Source: a virus (taxonomy: Duplodnaviria; Caudoviricetes). From it: a DNA stretch of 43,189 bases. The notes under the pieces are model-generated. The model worked only from the letters and a program-made list of their open reading frames with translations. It made no database searches and was not told where the DNA came from. A program made the translations under genes and the position numbers. Where the stretch lies: IMG/VR virus record IMGVR_UViG_3300036793_000087, positions 1 to 43,189 of that record. One strand, written 5' to 3'. Positions 42,084 to 43,189 of this stretch are shown piece after piece (the first letter of the stretch is position 1; every line of letters begins with the position of its first letter).

Positions 42084-43189
42084 TCAGAGTTTCGGCCGTC
42101 CGATCTTGGTCGCCGTCCGCGGCGGCCCGGCGTGCCATTCGGTACGGGGCCGCTGGGTGGTGACTCCGCCCGCTCGTGGCCTGCCCACGAACCAGATGAG
42201 CCGAGGTCGGCCGGTGTCCCAGATCAACCGCGGGGAGCCGACCCAGGTCTGCAGGAGCGCGCCTGTGATGAGGCTGCCTGCGAGCGTGACCGTCTCGACG
42301 TCGAGCACTGTGAGCAGCGCGAACATCGTGTCGAGACCGGCCGCGCTGACGGTGCTGGTCTCCACGATGGGGAGTAGGGCCAGGTGCTGGATCGCGGATG
42401 CGACCGTGACAGCTGCAACCTCGGTGGCCGCGATCGCTCCGGACTGGCCGGCCTGGGTGCCGACCGTGACGAGCTCGCCCTCGACGATCGCCACGGCGCC
42501 GCTCGTCGAGTCAGTCCCGGTCGCTGCAACGGTGTCCAGCTCGAGAACACTGATCGCGCCGAGCTCGGTGACCGTGCCGCCGAGGCCGACGGTGGACCCG
42601 CTGGCGATCGCCACGGTCGCGCTAGTGGTGTCCTGGCCGGCGAGGGTGACTGTGTCCAGCTCGGCGATCGCCTCGACGCCGGAGATCGTGTCCTGGCCGG
42701 CCACGCTGACGGAGTCCAGGCTGATCGCTGCCGCCGCGCCGGTGGTCGAATCCATGCCCGCCACGGCCACGGTGTCGACGCTGACGGGCGCGATCGCCCC
42801 GCTGGCGGTGTCCGTACCGGCGAGGGCGACGGTGTCTGTCTCGGTGACAGCCAGCGCGCCCGTGATGGTGTCGCTACCGGCCAGCGCGACGGTGTCGACC
42901 TCGACCGGGGCGACAGCGCCGGTGATCGTGTCAGCGCCGGCCACGCTGACCGTGTCGACCTCAGTGGCAGGTATGACACCGGAGTCGGTCGCGCCGCCGG
43001 CGGGTGTGATCGCGCCCAGGAACGACTTCATCACGCCGGAAGTCGTGTAGGTGAACGTCTTGGTTCCGGTGGCGCCAGAGCCGGCCGCGTCAACGGTGGC
43101 GCAACAGGTCTCGACGGTGTTGCCGCTCTGCCTGCTGGTCATTCCCGCAGGCATCGTCCAGGTGCCGGCGCCCACCGCGAAGTTCGATG
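42084..43189 (-). CDS. 3' part of the junction-spanning virion protein, with ~12 degenerate 20-aa repeats
   Basis: Repeat unit G.IA..E.DTV..AG.DT..; continuous with 1..511 through the overlap. Confidence 0.85.
   Translation of the reverse strand, partial: SNFAVGAGTWTMPAGMTSRQSGNTVETCCATVDAAGSGATGTKTFTYTTSGVMKSFLGAITPAGGATDSGVIPATEVDTVSVAGADTITGAVAPVEVDTVALAGSDTITGALAVTETDTVALAGTDTASGAIAPVSVDTVAVAGMDSTTGAAAAISLDSVSVAGQDTISGVEAIAELDTVTLAGQDTTSATVAIASGSTVGLGGTVTELGAISVLELDTVAATGTDSTSGAVAIVEGELVTVGTQAGQSGAIAATEVAAVTVASAIQHLALLPIVETSTVSAAGLDTMFALLTVLDVETVTLAGSLITGALLQTWVGSPRLIWDTGRPRLIWFVGRPRAGGVTTQRPRTEWHAGPPRTATKIGRPKL
43097..43189. repeat. Terminal direct repeat (circular assembly overlap), copy 2
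   Basis: Identical to bases 1-93. Confidence 0.97.

Noticed and set aside
43097-43189. 93-bp terminal repeat as biological genome ends
   Set aside because: It falls mid-gene and the frame runs through it, which fits an assembler overlap. The HNH/TerS layout points to cos ends elsewhere.

Overview
The window is a complete, circularly assembled genome of a high-GC temperate tailed phage, most likely infecting an actinobacterium. The unit length is about 43,096 bp, because bases 1-93 are repeated exactly at 43097-43189. Nearly all genes lie on the minus strand. The late arm runs HNH, TerS, TerL, portal, an 870-aa Tudor-like/protease/scaffold/Mu-gpT-type capsid polyprotein, decoration and appendage genes (one crosses the contig junction), adaptor, tail tube, frameshifting chaperones, tape measure, minor tail proteins and a lysis region. 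The lysis region also carries a phospholipase-D-family gene and a papain-like protease. The centre holds an intact attP (3' half of tRNA-Thr(CGT)), a tyrosine integrase and a cI/cro-like switch. The early arm holds excisionase, a sortase-motif surface protein, a Cas4-like exonuclease, an SSB, an SNF2 helicase and RuvC. The most striking element is a single 1598-aa ORF joining an AEP primase-polymerase, a D5/SF3 helicase and a proofreading family-A DNA polymerase, with an iteron-like array inside its linker. All product calls come from motifs and gene order read by eye; no database searches were run, so novelty is untested.
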